From the NCBI GenBank assembly GCA_963752285.1, contig CAVVXN010000001.1:256001-320000 (forward strand): 64,000 bases of DNA. The letters are read 5' to 3'. Each line of letters starts with the position of its first letter. Position 1 is the first letter of the stretch. Shown here piece by piece: positions 19,701 to 28,031 of the stretch. Source of the stretch: an uncultured Planctomycetota bacterium (GTDB lineage Bacteria; Planctomycetota; PLA2; JAEUHO01). A program made the translations under genes and the position numbers. Under the pieces are notes generated by a model that was not told the origin of the DNA, did not search any database, and worked only from the letters and a program-made list of their open reading frames with translations.

Positions 19701-21091
19701 AACTCGATCGGAGCGTCGTCCGCCCGCGCCAGGAGCTCCGCGCGGAGGTCCGCACCATGGACGCGCTCGAGCGCCCGGTGCCGAGGAGTGGGACGCTCCT
19801 CCTCCTCGAGGTGCGGCGTCGCCCCCTCCCGCCCCGCGGGATCGACCGGGGCGCGCGCGCGGTGCCGGTCGCCGAGGAGGAGGTCGAGCACGCGGCCTAC
19901 CCGGTCACGACCGGACGCGACGGCTCCGGCGAGGTCCGCCTCCAGGTGCCTTCGGCCGGACACTGGCGGCTCCGGTGGAAGGCGACGGACGGCCGCGGCG
20001 CGCTCGTGACGGCCGCCGCCGACGTCGAGGTCGCGGGCGAGGCCGAAGACCTCTCGAAGGACGCGCGTCTCGTCGCGTCTCGTCGCGTCGTGACCGAGGG
20101 CGACGAAGCCGAGGTGCTCCTCCAGAGCCCGGTCACCGGCGTCACCGCGCTCCTCACGTACGAGGCGGAGAAGGTGCTGTCGTACCAGTTCGTCCGCATC
20201 GAGGGCCGCAGCACGCTCCTCTCGCTGCCCGTCGGAGCCGAGCTCGCCCCGAACGTCTACTTCGAGGTGGCGATCCCCGCGTCCGGGCGGCTCCTCCAGG
20301 CCGACACCGAGGTGGTCGTATTGCGGTACCTCGACGTGGACGTGAGCCTGCCCGAGAAGGGCCAGCCCGGCGAGAAGGTGTCCGTGACCCTCCACACGAA
20401 GGACGCCCGCGGCCGGCCCGTCGCGGCCGAGGTCGGCGTCGCGTTGATCGACGAGACGCTCTACGCGCTCGCGCCGGACCGCGCGGGGGCCATCCGCCCG
20501 TACTTCTACGACCGCCGCCGGCAGAACGCGGTGCGGACGGCCTCCTCGCTCGGGTTCGAGGCCGCCGGCACGACGCGCGAGACGAACAAGGACCTGCTCG
20601 CCGACACCGCGGTACGCGAGGGCGGCGGCGGGCCCGCGCTCGCCGAGGCCGCGCTCACGGGGGCCCGCGAGGCGCTCGCGCGCGGCGACGGGGAGACCGC
20701 GGTCCTCCTGGCGCTCCGAGCCGTGGACGCCGACCCCTCGTCCATCGAGGCCCGCCGGTTCGCCGCCGGGCTCGACGCGCACGAGGAGATACGGGAGCTC
20801 GCGAAACGCTCGAAGGAGGTGGCCGATCAGCTCGCTCGCCTGGAGAGCCAGCAGCAGGCGTTGCTCGTCGTCGCCGAGCACGCGTTGACCGCGAGCCCGC
20901 CCGGTGAGCGGGCCCCGATGGACCCGAGCGCGCCGAAGCCCGAGGCGGCCCGGAAGGGCGAGCGAGCGCGACTCAGCGTGCGTGAGGCCGGTGAGATGGA
21001 CGCCCGGGACGCCGAGAGCGACGACGACGCGGCTGGCGAGGAATCGCTCGTCGCGGAGGGTCGTTCTCGGGGCCGGCCAACAACGGGCTGA
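16790..21091 (+). CDS. Alpha-2-macroglobulin family protein with N-terminal TPR repeats, N-terminal part (frameshifted)
   Basis: Signal peptide; TPR-like repeats (FVERFPNDP, FAEKYPTDARA, VVAKHPNS); MG2 motif VYTDRPIYRPGQHV; GVALIDETLYAL; the frame ends in the low-complexity bait-like region. Confidence 0.88.
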   Translation: MLSFASRRSILFLALLVALGAAIPAAADEPAQRKEELRRAEEPLRARQWGDAVEALDAFRKAHPDSEEAVEAWVLEARALLEAGAAQKALDETSGFLAAHGEVAWAGRMRSTAADAYARLKRPKESAETLRERVEATTSEEARAKIGALHLELADHDYDGVETTDDLGQKVVKKDLARALVSYRHAIEVGLPADQALRARERIALCLEGTGHADQAVAVWDGLLDEAEKGTIQASPETRERWLVGRGRARLGAGDLDGARKDLREALDAGSGKLDPKSGLHMEILLLLGQERLKSAAAHGDDVAFEEGVTWLRRAILEHKDDPRAAGAQKDLAQSYESRGQSEKSAAEWAAFVERFPNDPFVPEARDRQAQALLQAGRFDEAIAAWERFLSAHPNHPLWPAVREKIVTAAFQKGQGLQASGDVDGATAAYSGFAEKYPTDARAPVALLLAGDLLRGKKDVDAALQAWRQVVGRYGQTPQAADARLRIALALEDDLARLDEAVKAYEEVVAKHPNSQQAVQAQARLARLKAKSLELRMERVVGTKEKPVLRVTTRNIASLDVRVYRLDMEEYFRRKGTVLGVEGLQLEVVKPDVTAAWGVEGYHPFSLYQADREVPVKEAGAYVVVAGDADLTATVLFVVSDIEIVAKRAAGSDLLVWAFDRQDQAPVTKARVLVAQDGKVIEAGTTGEDGVYHGSRGDRASHVLVLSDHGLAATGLDDGPAVAAGFQSKAYVYTDRPIYRPGQHVDWRAVFLEAGGGAYAPPRARKGQVSVRDARGQTLFEDEVTSSAFGAFAGGFDLDEASPLGTWHVQIQVPNQGAWDGAFEVQSFRKPELTVSLHPKRAVVLTGEKVEAVAEVRYAFGGPVADAPLRYEAFRQPQDFQPSAAEDYGWYFQDDRHPEETRRGAGGGTLIARGEVRTDADGNALLSFDTAERDEDAMVVIRVAVQDVTRRWIADEGRIPVTRRDHMAVVKLDRSVVRPRQELRAEVRTMDALERPVPRSGTLLLLEVRRRPLPPRGIDRGARAVPVAEEEVEHAAYPVTTGRDGSGEVRLQVPSAGHWRLRWKATDGRGALVTAAADVEVAGEAEDLSKDARLVASRRVVTEGDEAEVLLQSPVTGVTALLTYEAEKVLSYQFVRIEGRSTLLSLPVGAELAPNVYFEVAIPASGRLLQADTEVVVLRYLDVDVSLPEKGQPGEKVSVTLHTKDARGRPVAAEVGVALIDETLYALAPDRAGAIRPYFYDRRRQNAVRTASSLGFEAAGTTRETNKDLLADTAVREGGGGPALAEAALTGAREALARGDGETAVLLALRAVDADPSSIEARRFAAGLDAHEEIRELAKRSKEVADQLARLESQQQALLVVAEHALTASPPGERAPMDPSAPKPEAARKGERARLSVREAGEMDARDAESDDDAAGEESLVAEGRSRGRPTTG

Positions 21092-24000
21092 TCGGCCTCG
21101 GCGGCGGCGCCGGCGGCGCGTTCCGCGGGCGGTCCGGCGGACGTATCGCCCTCCGGAGCCAAGGCGGCGGCATGGTCGCGGGACGGCCCGTGGCGAACGT
21201 GCAGGCGAACGAGCCCGCCTGGGGCGCGGAGGGCTACCTCCTCGCCGACAAGAAGACGAACCTCGACCAGCAGCAGGCGTTCGGCTTCGGGAGCGCGATC
21301 GACGTGGCGCTCCGCCAGAAGTTCCTCGACACCGCGTTCTGGGCGCCCCACGTCGCGACCGACGACCAGGGGGAGGCGACCGTCGAGGTGACGCTGCCCG
21401 ACAACCTGACCACGTGGCGTGCTGTCGTGCGCGGCGTGAGCAGGGCGGCCCTCGTGGGCGAGGGGCGCGGCCGACTCCGCGCCGAGAAGAAGCTCCTCGT
21501 GCGCGTGGACGCCCCGCGCTTCCTCGTGACGACCGACCAGGTGACCGTGCCCGTCGCCGTGCACAACGCCACGGGCCGGCCGCAGGAGGTCCGGGTCGCG
21601 CTCGGCGCGAAGGGCGTCACGCTCGCGGGCGACGACGCGACCCTCACGGTGCCCGACGGGGGTCGCGCGGTCTCGGACCGCGACGCGACGACGCCGGGAC
21701 CGGGCGAGGTGCGCCTTACGGCCACGGCCACGGCGGCGGACGCCGCCGACCGGGTCGAGGCCGTGTTCCCGGCCCTTCCCCGCGGCATCAAGGTGGTCGA
21801 GGGGCGGACGGGCGTGGCGAAGACCGCGGGGGGCGACCTCCAAGAGACGTTCCTCGACGTGCCCGACGGCGCGATCCCGGGCGCGACGCGGCTCGCGGTC
21901 GTGATGTACCCCGGGCTCGACTCGGCGATCCTCGACGCGCTCCTCTCGCTCGATCTCTACCCGTACGGATGCATCGAGCAGACCGTGCACCGCTTCCTGC
22001 CCGCGATCGCGGCGCGCGAGGCGCTGCTCCAGGCGGGGAGCCCCGCGGCGACGCGACTCGATCGCCTCGACGAGGCGATCCGGCGCGGCGCGCTCCGGCT
22101 CCGGAACCTGCAGAACCAGGACGGCTCGTTCGGCTGGTTCCGCGGCGGTACCGGCGACATCGCCATGACCGCGTACGCGCTCCGCGGTCTTACGGGCGCG
22201 CGGAAGGCGGGCGTGGCCGACCTCGACGGGCCGATCGCGAACGCGGTCCAGGCCCTGGCTCGGGCGCTCGGCCAGGCCCCCGACGAGGACGTGCGCGCGC
22301 TCGCGCACCTCGCGCTCGCGACCGCGGGCGCGGTGGTCGAGGACCAGTGGGCGAGCACGTTCCGCCGCCGGGACGACGACCTCTCGGTCGCCGGGCTCGC
22401 GTGGATGGCCCTCGCCGCGCACGAGGTCGGTCGCAGCTACGACGCCGACGAGCTCGTCCGCCTGATCCTCCGCCGCAAGGTCGAGGCCGGCGAGTCCACA
22501 CACTGGAAGGGTCGCGCGACCGACTGCTTCACGGGCAGCGACCGCGAGGCGACCGGGCTCGCCGTCCAGGCGCTGCTGATCGGCGCCGAGCACCGCGACG
22601 ATGCCGAGCGGGGCATCCGCTGGCTGCTCGAGAACCGCACCGACGGCGGGTTCGGGACGACGAAGGACGTGGCGGCGTTCGTGGGCGCGGCTTCGGCCTG
22701 GGTTCGTGCGAACGGCGCCTCCGCGTTCGGCGGGACGGTAGACGTCCAGCTCGACCGCCAGAGCGTGCGCACCATCGAGGTCGGCGTGAAGGGGCTGGCC
22801 GCGAAGGACCGGCGGTTCCTCGTCGATGCGGCCGCGGCCCTCTCGCCCGGTCGTCACACGCTCGGGTTCCGTCTCTCGGGCCAGGGCGACCTGTCGTGGG
22901 CCGTGCGGCTCGAGGCGGTCGTGAAGAGCGACGATCTCCCCGCCGAGGAGCAGGGCATCGCGGTGCGCCGCCAGGTGCTCCGACCGGAGGAGGCGCCCGT
23001 CGAGGGCCAGCCCCCGCCGGTGAAGGCCGGCTACGAGGTGCTGCGTCCGGCCGCGCGTCCGCGCGTGGAGGCGCGCATGCTCGAGCGGGTGGTCGCAGGC
23101 GAGCGCGTGCTCGTCCGCATCGAGCTCGAGGCCCCGCGCGACCTCGACTACGTGCTCGTCGAGGACCCGCTCCCCGCGGGCTTCGAGGTGCTCGAGGACA
23201 CGGCCCAGGGCCCGTTCGCGTGGCAGGAGCGCCGGGACGATCGGCAGGTCTTCTTCGTGACGAGGCTCCCGAAGGGGACGACGGTCCTGACGTACGTGCT
23301 CCAGGCGACCTTCTGGGGACGCTTCACCGCGCTCGGTACCACGGCGGCCCCGATGTACCTGCCCGAGGTGCACGGCCGCGCGGCCGGCTACCGACTCGAG
23401 GTGACGCGGGAGGCCGGCCGCGGGACCGACGCCGAGACGGCGCCGACGCCCGACGAGGTGTGGGCGCGCGCGGTCCGGCTCTTCGACCACGGCGGCCGCG
23501 ACGAGGCCGTCCGTCTCCTGAGGGAGCTCCGCGACCAGCAGCCGCTCCGCGACGAGATCGTCGAGCAGCTCGAGGGGTACCTCCTCCGCGCGGCGATCGA
23601 CGCGAAGGACGCCAAGGAGATCGTGCGCGCGAGAGAGGCGCTCGTCCGGCGGAACCCTGCCGCGATCCCGAGCGACTGGGAGACACAGCGCCGGATCGCG
23701 TTCGCGTACCACGACATCGGCGAGTACGAGGTCGCGGCCACGCTCGATCGCGAGCTGGTGGCACGCGCGTTCGGCCTCCGCGTCGATTGGATGAAGACGC
23801 TGGCCGGTCGCGACCGCGAGGTGGAGGGTCTCGACGACCTGGGCCTGGCGCTCCGCTCGTTCCCGATCTCGAACGCCACGGCCGACGCGGCGCTCCGCCG
23901 CGCCGTGCGATACCGCGAGCTCGCGCGGCCGAAGGGCCGCGAGGGCAAGCCGGGTGCGCCGATGGACGCGGAGTCCGTCGCGGCCCTGTGGGACTTCACC

Positions 24001-24978
24001 GCGCACTTTGCGGGGACGCCCCTCGCCGACGTCGGTGCGTACGCCTTGATCAGCGCGCTGCGCCAGTCGGGTGACCTCGACGGGGCCGAGCACGCCGCCG
24101 AGGACTTCCTGGGCCGGTACCCGGGAAGCGTGTGGCAGGACGACGCGCGGTTCTTCCTCGCGGAGACGCGCGAGCGCCGGTTCGAGTCGTCTCCGTCGCC
24201 GGAGGGCGCGAAGGCGGTGACGGAGGCCGCGACGCCCCTCGTGGACCAGAAGTTCCCGGACGCCCAGGGGCGGAAGACGTGGAGCGAATACCGGGCCCGC
24301 GCCCAGTACCTCCTGGCCCGCGTCGCGCACGTTCTCGGGGACCTCGACCGCGCCGTGAAGCTCTACCGCGAGGCGTGGGAGATCGAGGACGCCCGAGAGG
24401 CGTACGCGTTCCTGACCGAGGAGCGCCTCTCCCTCCCGGTCCTCCACACGGTGGACCTCGACGGGGGCGCGTCGATCCCGCTCGAGTACCAGAACGTCGC
24501 GGAGGTGTCGCTCAAGGCCTACCCGGTGGACCTGCCCGTGCTCTTCGCGGTCCGCCGCACGCTCGAGGGGCTCCACGACGTGGACCTCTCCGGCATCGTG
24601 GCGAAGGACACGTGGGCGCTGAAGCCGCCCGACGGCCGGGACCACCGGCCGCACCAGACGGCGGTCGTCCTGCCGGTCGAGACGGGCAAGGCCGGGGCCT
24701 GGCTCGTCGTGGCGAAGGCCGGCGACCACGAGGCGAAGGCGCTGGTGATCAAGACGGACCTCCACGTCGAGATCCAGCACCTCGGCGACAAGGCGCGCGT
24801 CTACGTGACCGACCCCGCGGGCGCGGCCGTGCGCGAGGCCTACGTCGTCGTCTCGGACGGCCAGCGGATCCGCGCGCGGGGCATGACGGACGGGCGGGGC
24901 GCGTTCGAGGCGCCCGGCGTGGGCCCGAACGCGCTGGTGGTCGTCTCGAAGGACGGGCGCTACGCCGTGGCGCGCTAG
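21061..24978 (+). CDS. Alpha-2-macroglobulin family protein, C-terminal part (thioester domain, TPR, repeated MG module)
   Basis: RQKFLDTAFWAP, VTLPDNLTTWR, thioester motif YPYGCIEQT, QNQDGSFGWF, YVLVEDPLPAGFEV; frame is open and coding-like from 21061 (SFSGPANNGLIGLGGGAGG), upstream of the ATG at 21172. Confidence 0.88.
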   Translation, partial: SFSGPANNGLIGLGGGAGGAFRGRSGGRIALRSQGGGMVAGRPVANVQANEPAWGAEGYLLADKKTNLDQQQAFGFGSAIDVALRQKFLDTAFWAPHVATDDQGEATVEVTLPDNLTTWRAVVRGVSRAALVGEGRGRLRAEKKLLVRVDAPRFLVTTDQVTVPVAVHNATGRPQEVRVALGAKGVTLAGDDATLTVPDGGRAVSDRDATTPGPGEVRLTATATAADAADRVEAVFPALPRGIKVVEGRTGVAKTAGGDLQETFLDVPDGAIPGATRLAVVMYPGLDSAILDALLSLDLYPYGCIEQTVHRFLPAIAAREALLQAGSPAATRLDRLDEAIRRGALRLRNLQNQDGSFGWFRGGTGDIAMTAYALRGLTGARKAGVADLDGPIANAVQALARALGQAPDEDVRALAHLALATAGAVVEDQWASTFRRRDDDLSVAGLAWMALAAHEVGRSYDADELVRLILRRKVEAGESTHWKGRATDCFTGSDREATGLAVQALLIGAEHRDDAERGIRWLLENRTDGGFGTTKDVAAFVGAASAWVRANGASAFGGTVDVQLDRQSVRTIEVGVKGLAAKDRRFLVDAAAALSPGRHTLGFRLSGQGDLSWAVRLEAVVKSDDLPAEEQGIAVRRQVLRPEEAPVEGQPPPVKAGYEVLRPAARPRVEARMLERVVAGERVLVRIELEAPRDLDYVLVEDPLPAGFEVLEDTAQGPFAWQERRDDRQVFFVTRLPKGTTVLTYVLQATFWGRFTALGTTAAPMYLPEVHGRAAGYRLEVTREAGRGTDAETAPTPDEVWARAVRLFDHGGRDEAVRLLRELRDQQPLRDEIVEQLEGYLLRAAIDAKDAKEIVRAREALVRRNPAAIPSDWETQRRIAFAYHDIGEYEVAATLDRELVARAFGLRVDWMKTLAGRDREVEGLDDLGLALRSFPISNATADAALRRAVRYRELARPKGREGKPGAPMDAESVAALWDFTAHFAGTPLADVGAYALISALRQSGDLDGAEHAAEDFLGRYPGSVWQDDARFFLAETRERRFESSPSPEGAKAVTEAATPLVDQKFPDAQGRKTWSEYRARAQYLLARVAHVLGDLDRAVKLYREAWEIEDAREAYAFLTEERLSLPVLHTVDLDGGASIPLEYQNVAEVSLKAYPVDLPVLFAVRRTLEGLHDVDLSGIVAKDTWALKPPDGRDHRPHQTAVVLPVETGKAGAWLVVAKAGDHEAKALVIKTDLHVEIQHLGDKARVYVTDPAGAAVREAYVVVSDGQRIRARGMTDGRGAFEAPGVGPNALVVVSKDGRYAVAR

Positions 24979-25156
24979 CGCGCGTACTCTGGGCCGGCGA
25001 GCCGGTCTTTGCCGCGGGCGATCCGGGTCGATCGTCCGCGGCACGTCGCCCCTCCGCGGAGGTGGACGACCGCGTCTCGACTCAAGCGGGACCCGGGTCC
25101 CATACGATGAAGGGTGAGAGTGGCCTCGCCTCCGGCGAGCCGCTCGCGGTCAACCC

Positions 25157-26080
25157 ATGGTCCTGCAGTTCCTAGAAGCCATCTTCCGTGACGCGAACGA
25201 CCCGGTCGTCCTGCTCGCGCAGGACGGGACCGTCGCGACCGCCAACCCCGCGTTCCGCGCGCTCGTCCAGCGGGGGCGGAACGGGGCCCCGTTCATGGAG
25301 CTCGTGAGCTTCCACGCGCGCGACCGCGTGGCGCGCGACCTGGTCCGGGCCGCGGCCGGCGACACGGTGCTGATCGAGGTGCCGCACCCCCGGGAGCCCG
25401 AGGGCGACACCGTCGTCGAGTACCGGTTCTTCCCCGTCGATGACGGGATGACCGCCGGCATCGGCCGCATCCGCGACGCCGAGCGCGCGCTCGGCGACGA
25501 GCTGGGGCGGACGCAGGCCGAGCTCCGGCAGAAGCAGAGGATCCTCGACGAGATCCAGATCGAGCTCACCCAGGTGCCCTTCATCGACCCGGCGACCGGG
25601 GTCTGGAACCGGTTGCAGGTGATCGAACGGCTCGCGGGGGAGTGGAGCCGCAGCGAGCGGTGGGGCAGCCCGATCGCGTGCCTCATGGTCGAGGTGGACG
25701 ACCTGGAGGACCTGAGGCGTCGCGAGGGGAACGCGCTCGCCGACGAGGTCCTCAAGTCGATCGCCCGCCGGATCAAGACCGTCGTCCGCGACCACGACGT
25801 CGTGGGTCGGTTCGGCGGCGGGTGCTTCGTCGTGCTCGCCGTGCACTGCCCGATCGAGGGCGCCCGCCACCTCGCGTCGCGGATCGGCGACTGCGTCGCG
25901 CACGAGCCCGTGAGCGTCATCGGCCGGACGGTCTGGACGAAGGTCCGGATCGGGTGCTGCACCAACCAGTCCGAGGGCGTCGAGATCATGGAGGACCTCT
26001 TCTCCGTGGCCCAGGAGGCGCTCGCCGAGGCCCGCACGCGCGAGGTCGCGGTCCACTGCGCGGACGACGCGACCGCCTGA
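25157..26080 (+). CDS. PAS + degenerate GGDEF domain protein
   Basis: PAS-like N-terminus (DPVVLLAQDG..ANPAF), coiled coil, DPATGVWNR, RDHD I-site, active site reads GGGCF. Confidence 0.85.
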   Translation: MVLQFLEAIFRDANDPVVLLAQDGTVATANPAFRALVQRGRNGAPFMELVSFHARDRVARDLVRAAAGDTVLIEVPHPREPEGDTVVEYRFFPVDDGMTAGIGRIRDAERALGDELGRTQAELRQKQRILDEIQIELTQVPFIDPATGVWNRLQVIERLAGEWSRSERWGSPIACLMVEVDDLEDLRRREGNALADEVLKSIARRIKTVVRDHDVVGRFGGGCFVVLAVHCPIEGARHLASRIGDCVAHEPVSVIGRTVWTKVRIGCCTNQSEGVEIMEDLFSVAQEALAEARTREVAVHCADDATA

Positions 26081-26208
26081 CGGCCGGTCGGACCCTCGGC
26101 TCTCCTGCCGCCGGGCCCCGTCCCGCGGGCCGGGCACGGACCCCTGTCACGCCCGCGGGGGGGCCTTGGCGGGGGGCGTATGATGCCCCGCCCTCCCGGA
26201 GTCCCCCC

Positions 26209-27207
26209 ATGCGCCGTCTTCCCCTCGTTCTCGCCCTCCTCTTCGCGTTCTCCCCCCTCGTGGCCCGGGCCGACGACCCCCCGAAGGAGGAGCCGCCGGC
26301 GCCCGACGCGCAGCCCGCCGCGCCCGACACGACGCCGGCCGACGAGGGCATCGCCTGGTCGCACGACCTCGACGAGGCGAAGAAGCAGGCGAAGGACGAG
26401 GGGAAGGCGCTCTTCGTGTACTTGACCCCGTCCTGGTTCGAGTGCCCCTTCTGCAAGAAGCTCCAGAAGGAGGGGTTCGGGGACGCCGACGTCCAGAAGT
26501 ACGTGAGCGACAACTTCGTCCCCGTGTGGATCGAGGACGCGCGGGAAGACCCCACCGCGAAGAAGCTCGGGCTCTCCCAGGAGGGCTACCCGAACGTCGC
26601 CGTGTACGCGAAGGGCGGCGAGTTCGTGGGACGCCTGGTCGGCTTCGGCGGGTTGAAGGCCTGGTTCGGCGACCTGAAGGACGTGACCGCTCGCGGAGAC
26701 GGGCTGGCGGCCGCCGAGGACGCCGCGGCGAAGGACCCGACCCGGTGGATCGAGGCGGCGAGGCTCCTCCTCGACGTGCCCGAGCCCTCGGCGGAGGCGG
26801 AGGTGATCCGGGACCGCGTGGAGGGCATCGCGACCCTGTTCGACAAGGCGCCCGCGGCCGCGCGCGACTCGAAGGACGGGAAGGCCGTCCAGACGGCCCT
26901 GGACGCGCGCAAGGCGTGGGTAGAGGTCGAGTCCCAGATCCACGAGCTGATGCAGGGTGTCCACACGAAGGACGTGGCCGCCGAGAAGGCGCCGCAGGCC
27001 CTCGAGAAGCTGGACGCCTTCCTGAAGGACCACGCGGGCGACGATGCGCGGTCCGAGGCGAGCGTTCTCGCGAAGAAGGGCTTCTTCCTCCTGATCTCGG
27101 ACAAGCAGGCGGAAGCCGTCGAGGTCGCCAAGCACCTGCTCGAGGCGTTCCCCGAGAGCGAGCAGGCGAAACAGGTCGTCGGCGCCCTCCTCAACCAGCG
27201 GATGTAG
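26209..27207 (+). CDS. Exported thioredoxin-family protein with helical/TPR-like C-terminus
   Basis: Signal peptide; IAWSHDLDEAKKQA, WFECPFC, NFVPVWI, GYPNV. Confidence 0.82.
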   Translation: MRRLPLVLALLFAFSPLVARADDPPKEEPPAPDAQPAAPDTTPADEGIAWSHDLDEAKKQAKDEGKALFVYLTPSWFECPFCKKLQKEGFGDADVQKYVSDNFVPVWIEDAREDPTAKKLGLSQEGYPNVAVYAKGGEFVGRLVGFGGLKAWFGDLKDVTARGDGLAAAEDAAAKDPTRWIEAARLLLDVPEPSAEAEVIRDRVEGIATLFDKAPAAARDSKDGKAVQTALDARKAWVEVESQIHELMQGVHTKDVAAEKAPQALEKLDAFLKDHAGDDARSEASVLAKKGFFLLISDKQAEAVEVAKHLLEAFPESEQAKQVVGALLNQRM

Positions 27208-27253
27208 CCGACTCCCTGCGCTCCCCTCCGGCCGGGGAGATCGTCGTTCGGCC

Positions 27254-27967
27254 GTGTGCTTCCTCGTGCTCCAGCACCGCGTGCGGGCGGACCACCCGGT
27301 GGTCCTCCTCCACAACCGCGACGAGGCCTACGATCGCCCCTTCGTGCCGCCGCGCCTCCTCGACGTGAAGCGGGGCGTCGTCGCGCCGCGGGACCTGGAG
27401 GCGGGCGGATCCTGGATCGGGATGAACCGCGCCGGGCTCGTCGTGGCGATCTCGAACCGCCGGGGCGAGAGCGCCTCCGGGGGCACGCGCAGCCGCGGCC
27501 TCGTCGTTCTGGACGCGCTCCGCCAACCCTCCGCCCAGGCGGCGCTCCTCTGGGTGCGCGCGCACCTGGAGCGCATCGCGTACGCGGGCTTCAACCTCCT
27601 GCTGGCCGACGCGATGCAGGCGTTCGTGGTGCGGCACCGTGGCGCGCCCGAGCCGGGTCCGCTGCCCGGCCAGGACACGTTCGAGCTCTTCCCCGGCGTG
27701 TACGTGCTGACCCACGTCCACGAGCCGGGCACCGTCCCTCCGCCCGCGGCGGCGCGGCCGCGCGAGGGCGAGACGATCGACGAGGCGATCGCCCGCCTCG
27801 AGGCCCTCGCCGGGGACACGAGCGTGCGGCTCCCCGGCGACGAACCGACGCTTCGGAGGGGCGAGCGGCGGGGCACCGTGGCCAGCGCCGTCGTGGTCCC
27901 GCCCCGGTTCCGCTTCGCGTCCGGCCCCCCCGACCGGACCCCGTTCGAGGACGTGCACCTCGCCTGA
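27254..27967 (+). CDS. NRDE family (TANGO2-like) protein
   Basis: N-terminal MC, NRDE motif, PRDLEAGGSWIG, SRGLVV, YAGFNLL. Confidence 0.88.
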   Translation: MCFLVLQHRVRADHPVVLLHNRDEAYDRPFVPPRLLDVKRGVVAPRDLEAGGSWIGMNRAGLVVAISNRRGESASGGTRSRGLVVLDALRQPSAQAALLWVRAHLERIAYAGFNLLLADAMQAFVVRHRGAPEPGPLPGQDTFELFPGVYVLTHVHEPGTVPPPAAARPREGETIDEAIARLEALAGDTSVRLPGDEPTLRRGERRGTVASAVVVPPRFRFASGPPDRTPFEDVHLA

Positions 27968-28031
27968 GCGGGGCCTCCCCTCCCCGGGGATAGGATCTCG
28001 CCTGCGTCGTGGGAGTGCCGAGGTGCACGTC

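Noticed and set aside
21089..21091. Stop-codon readthrough at the TGA ending the first A2M ORF
   Set aside because: The continuation is in a different frame, so readthrough would not join the two halves.
26420..26460. Possible selenocysteine in the thioredoxin active site
   Set aside because: The codons are TGC CCC TTC TGC, plain CPFC with no in-frame TGA.
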